The notes under the pieces: generated by a model
Told to the model about the DNA's origin: nothing
The model's input: only the letters and a program-made list of their open reading frames with translations
Database searches by the model: none
Program-made: the position numbers and the translations under genes
From: a virus
Taxonomy: Duplodnaviria > Caudoviricetes
IMG/VR virus record: IMGVR_UViG_3300032218_001620
Coordinates: 1 to 27,804 of that record
Length of the DNA: 27,804 nt
Strand: one strand, 5' to 3'
In this document: positions 8,995 to 17,466 of the stretch, piece by piece
Numbering within the stretch: position 1 is the stretch's first letter
Layout of the letters: each line of letters starts with the position of its first letter

Positions 8995-10058
8995 CTTGTG
9001 TAGTAGCTAATGTTAGGTTGGAAGTAAATCGGTGACTTGTCACGCTCTTCGTCACTAGCTTGCTGGAATAGTTTATCAGCGTATCTTTCTAAGTACACAA
9101 TTTTAGCTGGATCTACTCCAGGGATTTGCATAGCAATCTTGTGTGACAAAGAAGCTTGAACAGAGGGTAGCCAACGATCTGGAATATAAAGCTCGTTGGT
9201 TAATGAGCCAACATCTTCCATTTGCACTTCAACGATAAGCTGGAACATCTGAAAGTCATTGTTCGGAACAGGCCACAAATACATGGACGGCTCAATGGTA
9301 CGATCAAACCAATACTGGAGTGAACGAACTGATGGGAATTGTTTATTGGGGAGGTTCCAGTAGTCGTCACGGTTTAATCGTGCTAGTGGAATGACTTGTT
9401 GGCTAGTTGAGAATACAATCTGGCGAACAGAAAAGGTTGGAGCTACAGTCTCACGAAGACGGTAGTATAAGTGATTTGGTGTGATGGCGATGTTATAGTA
9501 CGCCCATTCACGATCTTTAAGTGTGGTCTCTGGCAATTGCTCAGATACAACCCAGTTAATGCCATCGTTACTGACTTCGTATGCAAAGTTGTAGGTCTGT
9601 GTTCCACCATCAACGGCGTGTCCATTAAAGCCAACATAGAACACAGGTTGTGACAAAGCGTACTGTAAACCAAGCCAGTTTTTTTCTACTGTCGAGGTTG
9701 CTACTAGGTCGAGGTTTTGCTCAAAGGCTGCTGGAGATGTAGGATTGTCTAATGGCAGATACTCAGAAGCTTGGGAGTTAATAATATAAACCCAGTTTGC
9801 TTCACGCACATCAATAACTGTTTTTGGAAGGTACAGTTGTTGCTGTGCTGTAACAGCACCATACAATTGGTTTTCCAACAACCAAAGGTTAACGCCTAAG
9901 TTTGATAGGTTTTGCAAGTTGTAAAACAGTGCTTGCTTACCAGCGTTAATGTATTCAGGCGTGACTTCTTCTGCTATTTTACCAGCATCACGAAATGCGT
10001 ATGAAATAAGTTGGTCGACATTAATCTTAGTACGACCTGTTGTGCCACTATACGCCAT
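8991..10058 (-). CDS. Head-tail connector/adaptor-like protein with inserted beta-sandwich domain
   Basis: 355 aa; N-terminal helices (LISYAFRDAG...LQNLSNLGVNLW) and C-terminal YLWPVP...IPDRWL adaptor pattern flank a ~120-aa insert. Confidence 0.6.
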   Translation of the reverse strand: MAYSGTTGRTKINVDQLISYAFRDAGKIAEEVTPEYINAGKQALFYNLQNLSNLGVNLWLLENQLYGAVTAQQQLYLPKTVIDVREANWVYIINSQASEYLPLDNPTSPAAFEQNLDLVATSTVEKNWLGLQYALSQPVFYVGFNGHAVDGGTQTYNFAYEVSNDGINWVVSEQLPETTLKDREWAYYNIAITPNHLYYRLRETVAPTFSVRQIVFSTSQQVIPLARLNRDDYWNLPNKQFPSVRSLQYWFDRTIEPSMYLWPVPNNDFQMFQLIVEVQMEDVGSLTNELYIPDRWLPSVQASLSHKIAMQIPGVDPAKIVYLERYADKLFQQASDEERDKSPIYFQPNISYYTR

Positions 10059-10059
10059 G

Positions 10060-10227
10060 TTAGCGTCCTCTGCCGGCTGACCGTTTGTTTACTTTATTGG
10101 GTAATTTATTTGATGCTGGACCCGCTTTAACAAACTCTTTTCCTACTTTTTTAGGAATACCAAGAGTGGATTTACCTTCTGCTGCGGCGTACATAGCACC
10201 TTGTTGAGCTTTAGATTTATACGGCAT
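10060..10227 (-). CDS. Small basic protein ([16 protein letters not shown]...)
   Basis: Start reassigned to ATG at 10227 (TAATG overlap with upstream stop); 55 aa, Lys-rich. Confidence 0.7.
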   Translation of the reverse strand: MPYKSKAQQGAMYAAAEGKSTLGIPKKVGKEFVKAGPASNKLPNKVNKRSAGRGR

Positions 10228-10520
10228 TAGCAGGCCTTTCCGCCTTTTTTCATGGCACGACCGCCGCCACAAAGCATTTCGGGTTTTTGGCGTTTTGACG
10301 CGGCAATATTGTCAATATCTTTATCTGTTTTTTTAGAACCATAAGAATTATTTACACTGCCACCAGTACGCAATTTTGAAAGGTCGGTTTTTTTGCCTTC
10401 ATGGGACTGTTTGTCATGCATAGCAAAAGCTTTTTTAATGACCTTTTTATCTTGCTTAATGTCATCGCTATCTACAGAACCACCAGTTTTCATTTTTATG
10501 TTAGGTTTAAAGCCTTCCAT
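10227..10520 (-). CDS. Small Lys/Gly-rich protein with xxGG motifs
   Basis: 97 aa, AGGAG RBS; motifs [28 protein letters not shown]. Confidence 0.75.
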   Translation of the reverse strand: MEGFKPNIKMKTGGSVDSDDIKQDKKVIKKAFAMHDKQSHEGKKTDLSKLRTGGSVNNSYGSKKTDKDIDNIAASKRQKPEMLCGGGRAMKKGGKAC

Positions 10521-10534
10521 GATGACTCCTTAAA

Positions 10535-10789
10535 TTAGCAACTTCTTTTATTGACTTTACCGCCCGATTTAAACGCATTGTTTAAGCCGCTGGTTTTGCT
10601 ACCATCACGCTTAACATCACTACTACCAGTTTGTTTACCTGTGCTAATATTAGCACCGCCAGTTTGTTTGCCAGTCTTAATGTCAGCTCCGCCAGTGGAT
10701 TTACCACCGTCTTTAGCTACATCACTACCACCAGTAGTTCTTACAGCACCACCAGTTTTCATTTTGAGATTTGGTTTAAAGCCTTCCAT
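10535..10789 (-). CDS. Small Lys/Gly/Thr-rich repeat protein, N-terminus paralogous to neighbour
   Basis: Start reassigned to ATG at 10789 (MEGFKPNLKMKTGG), matching the neighbour's [14 protein letters not shown]; internal GK(Q/S)TGG/TGS repeats. Confidence 0.7.
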   Translation of the reverse strand: MEGFKPNLKMKTGGAVRTTGGSDVAKDGGKSTGGADIKTGKQTGGANISTGKQTGSSDVKRDGSKTSGLNNAFKSGGKVNKRSC

Positions 10790-10808
10790 GGTATACCCTT
10801 TCAATTAT

Positions 10809-10851
10809 CTATATCTACTTATGCAAAAAAGAGGCTATTTACGCCCCTAAA
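10809..10851 (-). promoter_or_regulatory. Putative phage promoter motif, copy 1
   Basis: Minus strand TTTAGG-N21-GCATAAGTAGATATAG, just upstream of the small basic gene cluster; matches two other copies. Confidence 0.7.
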
Positions 10852-11357
10852 AACAACGCTCTTTCGCGTTTTCTTCTGTTGATTAAGACCTCTGGCTTGT
10901 TCCACATTAGGATGGCTTCTGCGGCACCATTGAGGTCATTCTCGTTGATTTTACGAACTACGGTAGACTTCCTAAAAGCACCCTCTCCAATATTGAAGCA
11001 CAGGCTGTACAAGGCGTCGAATTGATTTTGGGCTAGGGGTACCTTCACCGAGGTCTCTACGGCCTCGCTACACCACTTTAAATCCTTTTTAAGTAGGTCT
11101 TCTACTTCTTGGTCGGATAGCGTTGCGGTGATAAGGTGCTGCTCGTTTGCTTTAATAAGATGACCTACGCCAATTGTCCAAAGACCCTTAGAGTCCTTGT
11201 ACGCCTTGTTGCGGGCACCTTCTTCTTTGGTGATAAAGGAAAGAGTGGACTTTGCTATTGCCATGATGTTCTCTTCAATATGGGTGTAACGGTCGGTGAG
11301 GTGGATTACTGCAAACACACCCAATAACCACAACAGTACTGCTAATAACTTTTTCAT
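10839..11357 (-). CDS. Endolysin, GH24 (T4/P21-type) lysozyme with N-terminal hydrophobic segment
   Basis: EEGARNKAYKDSKGLWTIGVGH carries the E-x8-D-x5-T triad; QNQFDALYSLCFNIG and RRKRERALF motifs; AAGGAG RBS. Confidence 0.92.
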   Translation of the reverse strand: MKKLLAVLLWLLGVFAVIHLTDRYTHIEENIMAIAKSTLSFITKEEGARNKAYKDSKGLWTIGVGHLIKANEQHLITATLSDQEVEDLLKKDLKWCSEAVETSVKVPLAQNQFDALYSLCFNIGEGAFRKSTVVRKINENDLNGAAEAILMWNKPEVLINRRKRERALFLGA

Positions 11358-11397
11358 TTTTACTCCTTACTTTGCCTATACTACAGCAAATTGGGGT

Positions 11398-11808
11398 TTA
11401 TTTACTGATGGAGTCGTATTGTTTGTAGCAAGCCTCTAGGCCAGCCCTTACTTCGTCTGCTCGGGCAGCTTCCCGTCTAAGAAAGATTGCATCCTCGGCG
11501 AAAAGGGTTGACCCAGTTCCACACGATCCAGAGCTGGCGCTTTCGGTACGACCGGGACGCTTACGCAGCTCGCTAACAGCATCAACGAGCTTAGAGTTAA
11601 TATCACGGATTTGAGCATCTTTTTGGATCCTTATTCGATCGGCGGTTGCTTGTTGTTCTTCTTGGATTTTTTGAGTCTGGGCAATCTGGTCCGCCTTATA
11701 GCGATCGAATCGAGCAGACTCAAAGCTAAAGCCAAGATACCAAGAAAAAGCCAGCAAAGCACAACATATTCCCAGTTTGACATATTGTACCAAGGTTAGT
11801 GGAAACAT
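11398..11808 (-). CDS. Inner-membrane spanin (Rz-like)
   Basis: N-terminal TM segment followed by coiled-coil; contains a nested lipoprotein ORF. Confidence 0.85.
   Translation of the reverse strand: MFPLTLVQYVKLGICCALLAFSWYLGFSFESARFDRYKADQIAQTQKIQEEQQATADRIRIQKDAQIRDINSKLVDAVSELRKRPGRTESASSGSCGTGSTLFAEDAIFLRREAARADEVRAGLEACYKQYDSISK
11448..11618 (-). CDS. Outer-membrane spanin lipoprotein (Rz1-like), nested in alternate frame
   Basis: Hand translation: MLKSVILTLSSLMLLASCVSVPVVPKAPALDRVELGQPFSPRMQSFLDGKLPEQTK (56 aa). Lipobox LAS-C, AAGGA RBS upstream, Pro-rich mature part. Confidence 0.85.
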   Translation of the reverse strand: MLKSVILTLSSLMLLASCVSVPVVPKAPALDRVELGQPFSPRMQSFLDGKLPEQTK

Positions 11809-11996
11809 TATTTATCAAGGCCTTCGGTTGTGACAAATCGTAGCGTTGCCACTATGATGCCAACAAAGATCATTAGACTGCCATAGTACTTAGGGTCAAT
11901 GACAGACTGCAAATATTGCAAGTTGTCCATTAGCGCACCAAACACTACTAACGCCAAGGAGAACCAAAGAGTTTTGGATCTCGTTGCGCGTTTCAT
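11808..11996 (-). CDS. Holin-like protein (2 TM)
   Basis: 62 aa, two hydrophobic helices, basic N-terminus, coupled to the spanin gene. Confidence 0.7.
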   Translation of the reverse strand: MKRATRSKTLWFSLALVVFGALMDNLQYLQSVIDPKYYGSLMIFVGIIVATLRFVTTEGLDK

Positions 11997-12226
11997 CTGT
12001 CTGCCTTGTTGTCCAGTTTGTCTTCAATACGGTGAAGGGCTTTGAGCACTTCATTCCAGCGGTCGTTGAAGTCTTCCTTAGAAACGTATTTACTTGGTAG
12101 TTCTTCCCGCAGCTTGGCTAGGTCTTCTTTGAGGTCTTGAACGGCTGCCCAGAGCTCCCTACAAAACCAACCCAGTACAGCACAGGCGGTTGGTAGGATG
12201 AAGTTCATCATTGATTGGAAGTCCAT
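11993..12226 (-). CDS. Small membrane-anchored coiled-coil protein (lysis accessory / holin-like)
   Basis: 77 aa; N-terminal hydrophobic helix, then YVSKEDF...LHRIEDKLD coiled-coil; first gene of the lysis cassette. Confidence 0.6.
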   Translation of the reverse strand: MDFQSMMNFILPTACAVLGWFCRELWAAVQDLKEDLAKLREELPSKYVSKEDFNDRWNEVLKALHRIEDKLDNKADR

Positions 12227-12228
12227 AA

Positions 12229-12399
12229 TTACGCCAATTGTTCCGCAGTAGGTTTAGCCAATGTTGGATGTTCCCATTTAGCAATGTAATCGCCTTTGCC
12301 ATCAGAATTGTTTTGTAAAAGAATTGAACCACGAATAGGGTCAAAATCTAAATCATTTAAAACAGGATAAACTGTTTTAATTTTTTCACATAAACCCAT
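12229..12399 (-). CDS. XkdW-like small tail-fibre associated protein
   Basis: Start reassigned to 12399 (TAATG). YP.L...DF...LQNNSDGKGDYIAKW....KPT.EQL pattern. Confidence 0.65.
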   Translation of the reverse strand: MGLCEKIKTVYPVLNDLDFDPIRGSILLQNNSDGKGDYIAKWEHPTLAKPTAEQLA

Positions 12400-12878
12400 T
12401 ATGCACTCCTTACAAAACAAGCAGTAAAATATGAACCAATAGCATTTGTACCACCAGTATTTTGTGAACTGCCAGTTACTTGGTATCCATATAATTCAAT
12501 GTAATCTGTTGAGCCATTTAAATAAACAAGAGTGCTACCATAATGACCTAAATATTGGTTTGTAGCACCATTTGCTGCACCAAATGCTAAAGTTGTATAG
12601 CTAGAGCCATTTTTATATAAATATAAATTACCATATCCATTCATTACGTTTTGCCAGTTAAAACCGCCTGATACTTGATAGTATCCAGCCACAGTTGGAG
12701 TAAAACGATAATTTGTAGTGTCGTAGTTTGTATTAGTATCAAAAGTTTTAGTGTTAAATTGTAATTTTGTTGCGGAGTTATTTCCAATAGATTGAATAGC
12801 ATTACAGTATGCACTAAAAACAGGTGCGGCAGCAGCAGGCAAACCAATACCAGTAGTGCCGTTTAATGTCATTGCCAT
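12399..12878 (-). CDS. C1q/TNF-like domain fibre-tip protein
   Basis: PVFSAY...FDT..NYD....RFTPTVAGYYQV...LYKNG...LVYLNGSTDYIELY matches the C1q-like pattern. Confidence 0.7.
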   Translation of the reverse strand: MAMTLNGTTGIGLPAAAAPVFSAYCNAIQSIGNNSATKLQFNTKTFDTNTNYDTTNYRFTPTVAGYYQVSGGFNWQNVMNGYGNLYLYKNGSSYTTLAFGAANGATNQYLGHYGSTLVYLNGSTDYIELYGYQVTGSSQNTGGTNAIGSYFTACFVRSA

Positions 12879-12880
12879 GA

Positions 12881-13285
12881 TTACACCTTAATGGCTCGTA
12901 AGCCTTCTAATGTTGTCTCGGCATCTGCCAATTTAGTAATATCACGCAAACGCTGTTTTTCAGCAACGATAGCAGTAGTATCTGCACCTGATTCCTGCGC
13001 TCTTTGGAAAGCTACATCTTGTGCTTGTAACAATGGCTCACGCTCTGCTCTTAAACGCTTCTTGGTGATTTCTGTAGCTTTGGCTAGGCTAACTTCTACC
13101 TTGCCATCTACCAGTTCCCAAGCATCAAAGAAGTCATTATGCTGATTAGGCAAGTCTGACTGATTGACGATAATAGAACCTTTAGGGGTATCTTTAGCTT
13201 GTACAGCCTCGATTGAAATTTCGCCAGTGGGGATTGTTACAGAAACGCCACCAGCTTCATTAGTAAAAATAATACATTGGCTCAT
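12881..13285 (-). CDS. Tail fibre assembly chaperone-like protein
   Basis: C-terminal LRAEREPLL...D...KQRLRDIT motif of phage tail assembly chaperones. Confidence 0.65.
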   Translation of the reverse strand: MSQCIIFTNEAGGVSVTIPTGEISIEAVQAKDTPKGSIIVNQSDLPNQHNDFFDAWELVDGKVEVSLAKATEITKKRLRAEREPLLQAQDVAFQRAQESGADTTAIVAEKQRLRDITKLADAETTLEGLRAIKV

Positions 13286-13295
13286 TTAATTCTCC

Positions 13296-13799
13296 TTAAA
13301 GTCCATGATTGGCATAGTTGCCATGATATTTGTTTCTAGCTTCAATCGCCACCAATTCTGCTAGTTCAAGGTTTTTAACCAGCCAGCTTTTACGCTTGCC
13401 GTTGGCAGAAATTAATACTTTCCATCTGTTTTTTGATGGCGACCAAGATACATTTTTTACACCAGTTGTTGAGTTTTTGTGCAAGCCAACATTTTGTGCG
13501 TTTTGTGCAATAGTAGCTGGGCGTAAATTTTCTAATTTGTTGTTGCTTTTGTTGCCGTCAATATGGTCAATATAGTCAGGGCATACGCCACCATTATGCA
13601 TTGCATAAATTAGCTTATGAGCCATGTATGTAACGCCATCAAACTTAATACGCCAGTAGCCATGAGTAGCTAAAGCGCCAGCTTTTGAACCTACTTTAGC
13701 CCTAGACAATGACGATGACAATTTTTTCCAGTATAGGTGTCCATCCCTGTAATCAAACAGTTGATGTAGCCTTTCCTGAAAAATAATTGCTTGTGTCAT
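13296..13799 (-). CDS. Free-standing HNH homing endonuclease with C-terminal AP2-like DNA-binding region
   Basis: AHKLIY...IDHIDGNKSNNKLENLR..T..QN HNH motif, then N.TGVKNVSW....RW...ARNKYHG. Confidence 0.9.
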   Translation of the reverse strand: MTQAIIFQERLHQLFDYRDGHLYWKKLSSSLSRAKVGSKAGALATHGYWRIKFDGVTYMAHKLIYAMHNGGVCPDYIDHIDGNKSNNKLENLRPATIAQNAQNVGLHKNSTTGVKNVSWSPSKNRWKVLISANGKRKSWLVKNLELAELVAIEARNKYHGNYANHGL

Positions 13800-13813
13800 T
13801 TTAAAGTCCTTAA

Positions 13814-14188
13814 TTAACGGAAAAAAGCAGCATATACATATGGGCTATCAAATCCAGCAGCAGAAGTTACAGTTTGAACCCTAAAAGCAGTTGTTGTTGG
13901 GGCAGTTGTATTTCCTGCTGGGCAAAAAATCATTGAACCTGTACTTCCGTTGTTACTAACTGCACCCACTGCAGAATAATTTGCATCTGCTAACGCATTA
14001 GTAAAGTTGATTGTATAGTCACCTGTAGCGTTTACAGTAACAGAACTAACGTTGTAAGAAGCACGAATAGATTGTGTAGAAGTTCCTTTGTAATTTATCC
14101 AAGCAACGCAAGGTGCTTTAGTGAGATTAGTTGCAGAAGTGCTATTAGTGCCGTCTGATAGCGTTGATATTGTGAGAGTTCCTGCCAT
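13814..14188 (-). CDS. Small tail-fibre tip protein (paralog 2)
   Basis: AWINY....IRASYNVSSVT...TGDYTINFTNALADANY motif. Confidence 0.7.
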   Translation of the reverse strand: MAGTLTISTLSDGTNSTSATNLTKAPCVAWINYKGTSTQSIRASYNVSSVTVNATGDYTINFTNALADANYSAVGAVSNNGSTGSMIFCPAGNTTAPTTTAFRVQTVTSAAGFDSPYVYAAFFR

Positions 14189-14197
14189 GATTTATCC

Positions 14198-14596
14198 TTA
14201 TGAACTATAAACAACTGCACAAGCATAGTTTGGGTCCCAAAAGCCACCTGAAAAAGCTACGCTTACACTAAATGCAAAAGCAGTTGTTGTAGGTGCTACT
14301 ACATTAGAACCACTACTACTAAACACTTGGCTGTTAGTTTGTGATGCACTTTGTACTGACGAATTGCTTATTACTGCACAATAAGTTGTATTAGGCATTG
14401 CAGTTGTAAAATTAACTGTATATTGTCCTTGAGCCTGTCTTGTAATAGAACTAATATTAAAACTTCCGTTAATAACTACTGTGCCACCTGAAGCACCCAT
14501 TTGAAACCATGCTTTAGCAATACCAGTCATGCCATTTTGCGTGGCAAGAACTCCTGTGCTTGCTTTTAATGTGTCGATTGTTAATTGACCAGCCAT
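14198..14596 (-). CDS. Small tail-fibre tip protein (paralog 1)
   Basis: AKAWF...INGSFNISSIT....GQYTVNFTTAMPNTTY motif; shares APTTTAF with neighbour. Confidence 0.7.
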   Translation of the reverse strand: MAGQLTIDTLKASTGVLATQNGMTGIAKAWFQMGASGGTVVINGSFNISSITRQAQGQYTVNFTTAMPNTTYCAVISNSSVQSASQTNSQVFSSSGSNVVAPTTTAFAFSVSVAFSGGFWDPNYACAVVYSS

Positions 14597-14605
14597 AATT
14601 TATCC

Positions 14606-16063
14606 TTAGTTAATCACCCATGTTGAATCGTCGGGAATTGTTACTGTAATACCAGTGTCGATTGTAATCGGACCAGCACTCATTCCATTTTTACCAGTGG
14701 TCATTGTGTAGTCCGCCGTAATAATCTGATTGTTCTCATAGATTACGCCGCTTGCCTGTGCCCCATTTAAACTGTTCCAAGTTGTTCCGTTGTACCCTTC
14801 GTACTGAACATAGTCGGTATTATACCGAATATATCCAACAGCGCCAGTGGGGCGTTGTGCCAACGTACCAGATGGTACACCGATTGCGTCCGTTGCGTTG
14901 ACTAAGAACGACAATGGCGTAGAGGCGGTGTTAATCGACACGTTGCCAGTTGAAGAAATACGCATCCGCTCAACGGTATTTGTCTTAAACAAAACTGCTG
15001 CTGTGGTGTCAGTTCCCGCTACGAAAAAGCTGTTTACGTTATCGTAGTACATCTGCACTTTTCCTACACCATTATTGTACCATCCTAATGTAGTAAAGCG
15101 AGTGCCATCGTTGTCAATAACGGCGTTGTTTGAGTTGCCACCTTTAACGTACAGTGTAGCAACAGGGCCGTTTGTTCCAACGCCAAGCCTTACACCAGCG
15201 TTGTCCCAGTACAGATTGGCACTAGACTGGAGCGCAGTTGAGGTGTTTCCGTAAGGAATTTGACCAGCAGCCACACCACTAATTCCAATACCACCAAAAG
15301 TTACGGGTACAGGGTTTGCACTGGTGTACGAGCTACCCCAAGCAGCGCCAGTAGATAATGGGATGCCAGAGCCAGGGTAGATTGTAGGACCTTGCGCTCC
15401 GCTGTAACCCGATCTGCCAGAGTAGCCAGAAGTACCACTGTAACCAGAAATACCAGAGAAACCACTGTAACCAGATGTGCCGTTTGTACCAGTACCACCA
15501 CTGTAGCCAGAAAAACCACTAAGGCCTGAAGATCCGCTTCCGCCGGCACCGCTTGCACCACTAAAGCCACTAAAGCCAGAAATGCCAGAACCGCTGTAGC
15601 CAGAGATACCAGAGGCACCAGAGAATCCAGAGAATCCACTAATACCACTTCCGCTGTAACCAGAGATACCAGAGGCACCAGATGTACCGCTATAGCCAGA
15701 GATACCAGAAGCACCCGATGTACCACTGTAGCCAGAGATACCTGAAAAACCACTGAAGCCAGAGATACCAGAAGCACCAGAGATACCAGAAAAACCGCTG
15801 TAACCAGAAATACCAGAGAAGCCAGATGCACCCGAAATACCGGAGAAACCGCTGTAACCAGAAATACCAGAGAAGCCAGAAAGACCGCTGTATCCTGAAA
15901 GTCCTGCTAAGTTTCTAATAAAGCCAGAGGAATCCTTGTAATACAAATACCCATCAAAAGTATTGAGCGCTAATTCAGCAACCACCATTGCGGTCGGATC
16001 TGGCACAACGCCAGACGAAGCACTATGGTACAGTTGTATCGGTGTGAACCCAGATGCTGCCAT
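14606..16063 (-). CDS. Fibre protein 2 with (Gly-X-Ser)n collagen-like tract
   Basis: 485 aa: N-terminal ELALNTFDGYLYYKD attachment-type motif, ~170 aa GXS tract, fibre shaft motifs (RLGVGT..P...L.V, ERMRISSTGNV), C-terminal MSAGPITI...WVI. Confidence 0.8.
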   Translation of the reverse strand: MAASGFTPIQLYHSASSGVVPDPTAMVVAELALNTFDGYLYYKDSSGFIRNLAGLSGYSGLSGFSGISGYSGFSGISGASGFSGISGYSGFSGISGASGISGFSGFSGISGYSGTSGASGISGYSGTSGASGISGYSGSGISGFSGFSGASGISGYSGSGISGFSGFSGASGAGGSGSSGLSGFSGYSGGTGTNGTSGYSGFSGISGYSGTSGYSGRSGYSGAQGPTIYPGSGIPLSTGAAWGSSYTSANPVPVTFGGIGISGVAAGQIPYGNTSTALQSSANLYWDNAGVRLGVGTNGPVATLYVKGGNSNNAVIDNDGTRFTTLGWYNNGVGKVQMYYDNVNSFFVAGTDTTAAVLFKTNTVERMRISSTGNVSINTASTPLSFLVNATDAIGVPSGTLAQRPTGAVGYIRYNTDYVQYEGYNGTTWNSLNGAQASGVIYENNQIITADYTMTTGKNGMSAGPITIDTGITVTIPDDSTWVIN

Positions 16064-16072
16064 GTTAATCCC

Positions 16073-16501
16073 TTATAAATATTTTATAACTTCTTTGGGT
16101 TTTACAAATCGGTCATTTTTGTGTTCTGTAAATTCCCACCAGAGAAATTGATTCTCCGCTAGATGCGAACGATCTTTTAATAAATTAATGTTTTCTGGGT
16201 GCCCGTATATCAACGGATCAGACACACCCCATAATACAATTCCTTGCTTGCCCTCGTCCCAGCCCAAATGCTGGAAAAAGCTGTCACAAGAAATCCAAAT
16301 TCTGCACTCACCGATTAGCTTGCGTAACTCATCAATCGGTAGGTTTTTCCTAAAGTCAGGAACCAGTTGTTTTTCACCCTCTATCCCCACTTGGACTATT
16401 GGCTCGTCAATTTGACTAATGAGCTCTTCCCAGTATGGGTAGTTCTTTGGGTTACGTTTACCACTTAGCAGTGCCTTAGAGTACGGTGAAATGATAATCA
16501 T
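16073..16501 (-). CDS. GT9 (heptosyltransferase-like) C-terminal nucleotide-binding lobe
   Basis: IIISP...K.YPYWEELI...IVQVG...L.EL..LI..C...ISCDSFFQHLG.....IVLWG resembles the GT9 DSG..H.A....P...LFG motif. Confidence 0.7.
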   Translation of the reverse strand: MIIISPYSKALLSGKRNPKNYPYWEELISQIDEPIVQVGIEGEKQLVPDFRKNLPIDELRKLIGECRIWISCDSFFQHLGWDEGKQGIVLWGVSDPLIYGHPENINLLKDRSHLAENQFLWWEFTEHKNDRFVKPKEVIKYL

Positions 16502-17466
16502 GTGTAGAGCTTTCTAAATGCGCTCTCCAAACTATCTTTCCACTTCCACTGATCCATCTTTTGGTACACATTGTATGGACTAATGTCACCAAACAAGTGC
16601 TGTGCCTCTGCTATAGATCTACCAGGTATTATTTCTGGGTAGCAACTAAAAACAATCGGGTTACTAACATTAGGTAACACACGCTTAAAAACAAGGTGGT
16701 CGCCAAGACCGCAATTAAGAACCACTATGGTGCTGTCCTTGTACTCGAGCATGTTTCTAAAAATTTGCTCGTCGTGATGGTACATCTCTTCTTTTGTTTC
16801 GCTGCGAATTCCACCTTCGGGGTTCTTCATGTGCCACGTTACTGCGTTGGGTACTACTTTTATTTGGTAGCCTTTTTGAGCTAAACCATAAGTAAACAAG
16901 GTCTCTTCTCTGTGAGCTACCCGTGAAAGACCAAGATTATAGTCAACAATCCCAGCGCGATATAAAAAAGTGCAGTGTAGATGGTCCACATTTCTTGAAG
17001 CATTAATCATTCCCCATTGTATATTAGGTTCTTTATTAATATCGTCAATTTTACCTGTAGAACTGCTTGTGTCTGGCATGTACGGTGGTGTTAACACAGA
17101 TCCACCTACAGCACCAACACGTCTATCAGAGTGCTTTACTAAATTCTCTAGTACATTAGGCTCTGGAATAGCATCATCATCGCACCGCCAAACCCAGTCA
17201 AAGCCCATGCGGTTTGCTCGCTGGTGGATGTAGTGCTGACCTTTTTTCTCAGCGTACTGCCACTCCCACGCAATGCCTTTAATGTCTAACATCTGGAAAA
17301 AGTATTGGTAAATCATCTCTTTCCGCATGTCTTGCGGCTCATCATTATCATCAAAGATGACCAGCTTGTCCACTGGGCGCGTTTGATTGATAATGGCGTT
17401 TAATACTAGTGGCAGGGTTGTAAAGTACCTGCCCCGTGTTGCCACGGAACAAAGTACTTTATTCAC
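16498..17466 (-). CDS. GT2-family glycosyltransferase fused to a GT9-like N-terminal segment
   Basis: GT-A fold motifs (LVIFDD, WRCDDDA, HREET); C-terminal IVVLNCGLGDHL resembles the GT9 N-terminal GLGD motif. Confidence 0.8.
   Translation of the reverse strand: MNKVLCSVATRGRYFTTLPLVLNAIINQTRPVDKLVIFDDNDEPQDMRKEMIYQYFFQMLDIKGIAWEWQYAEKKGQHYIHQRANRMGFDWVWRCDDDAIPEPNVLENLVKHSDRRVGAVGGSVLTPPYMPDTSSSTGKIDDINKEPNIQWGMINASRNVDHLHCTFLYRAGIVDYNLGLSRVAHREETLFTYGLAQKGYQIKVVPNAVTWHMKNPEGGIRSETKEEMYHHDEQIFRNMLEYKDSTIVVLNCGLGDHLVFKRVLPNVSNPIVFSCYPEIIPGRSIAEAQHLFGDISPYNVYQKMDQWKWKDSLESAFRKLYT

Noticed and set aside
11358-11397. Fourth copy of the promoter motif upstream of the lysozyme (GCTGTAGTATAG)
   Set aside because: Only partial resemblance and no TTTAGG element at the expected spacing.
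13286-13813. Group I intron around the HNH gene
   Set aside because: Flanks are only 10-14 nt and both neighbouring genes are intact, leaving no room for a ribozyme core.
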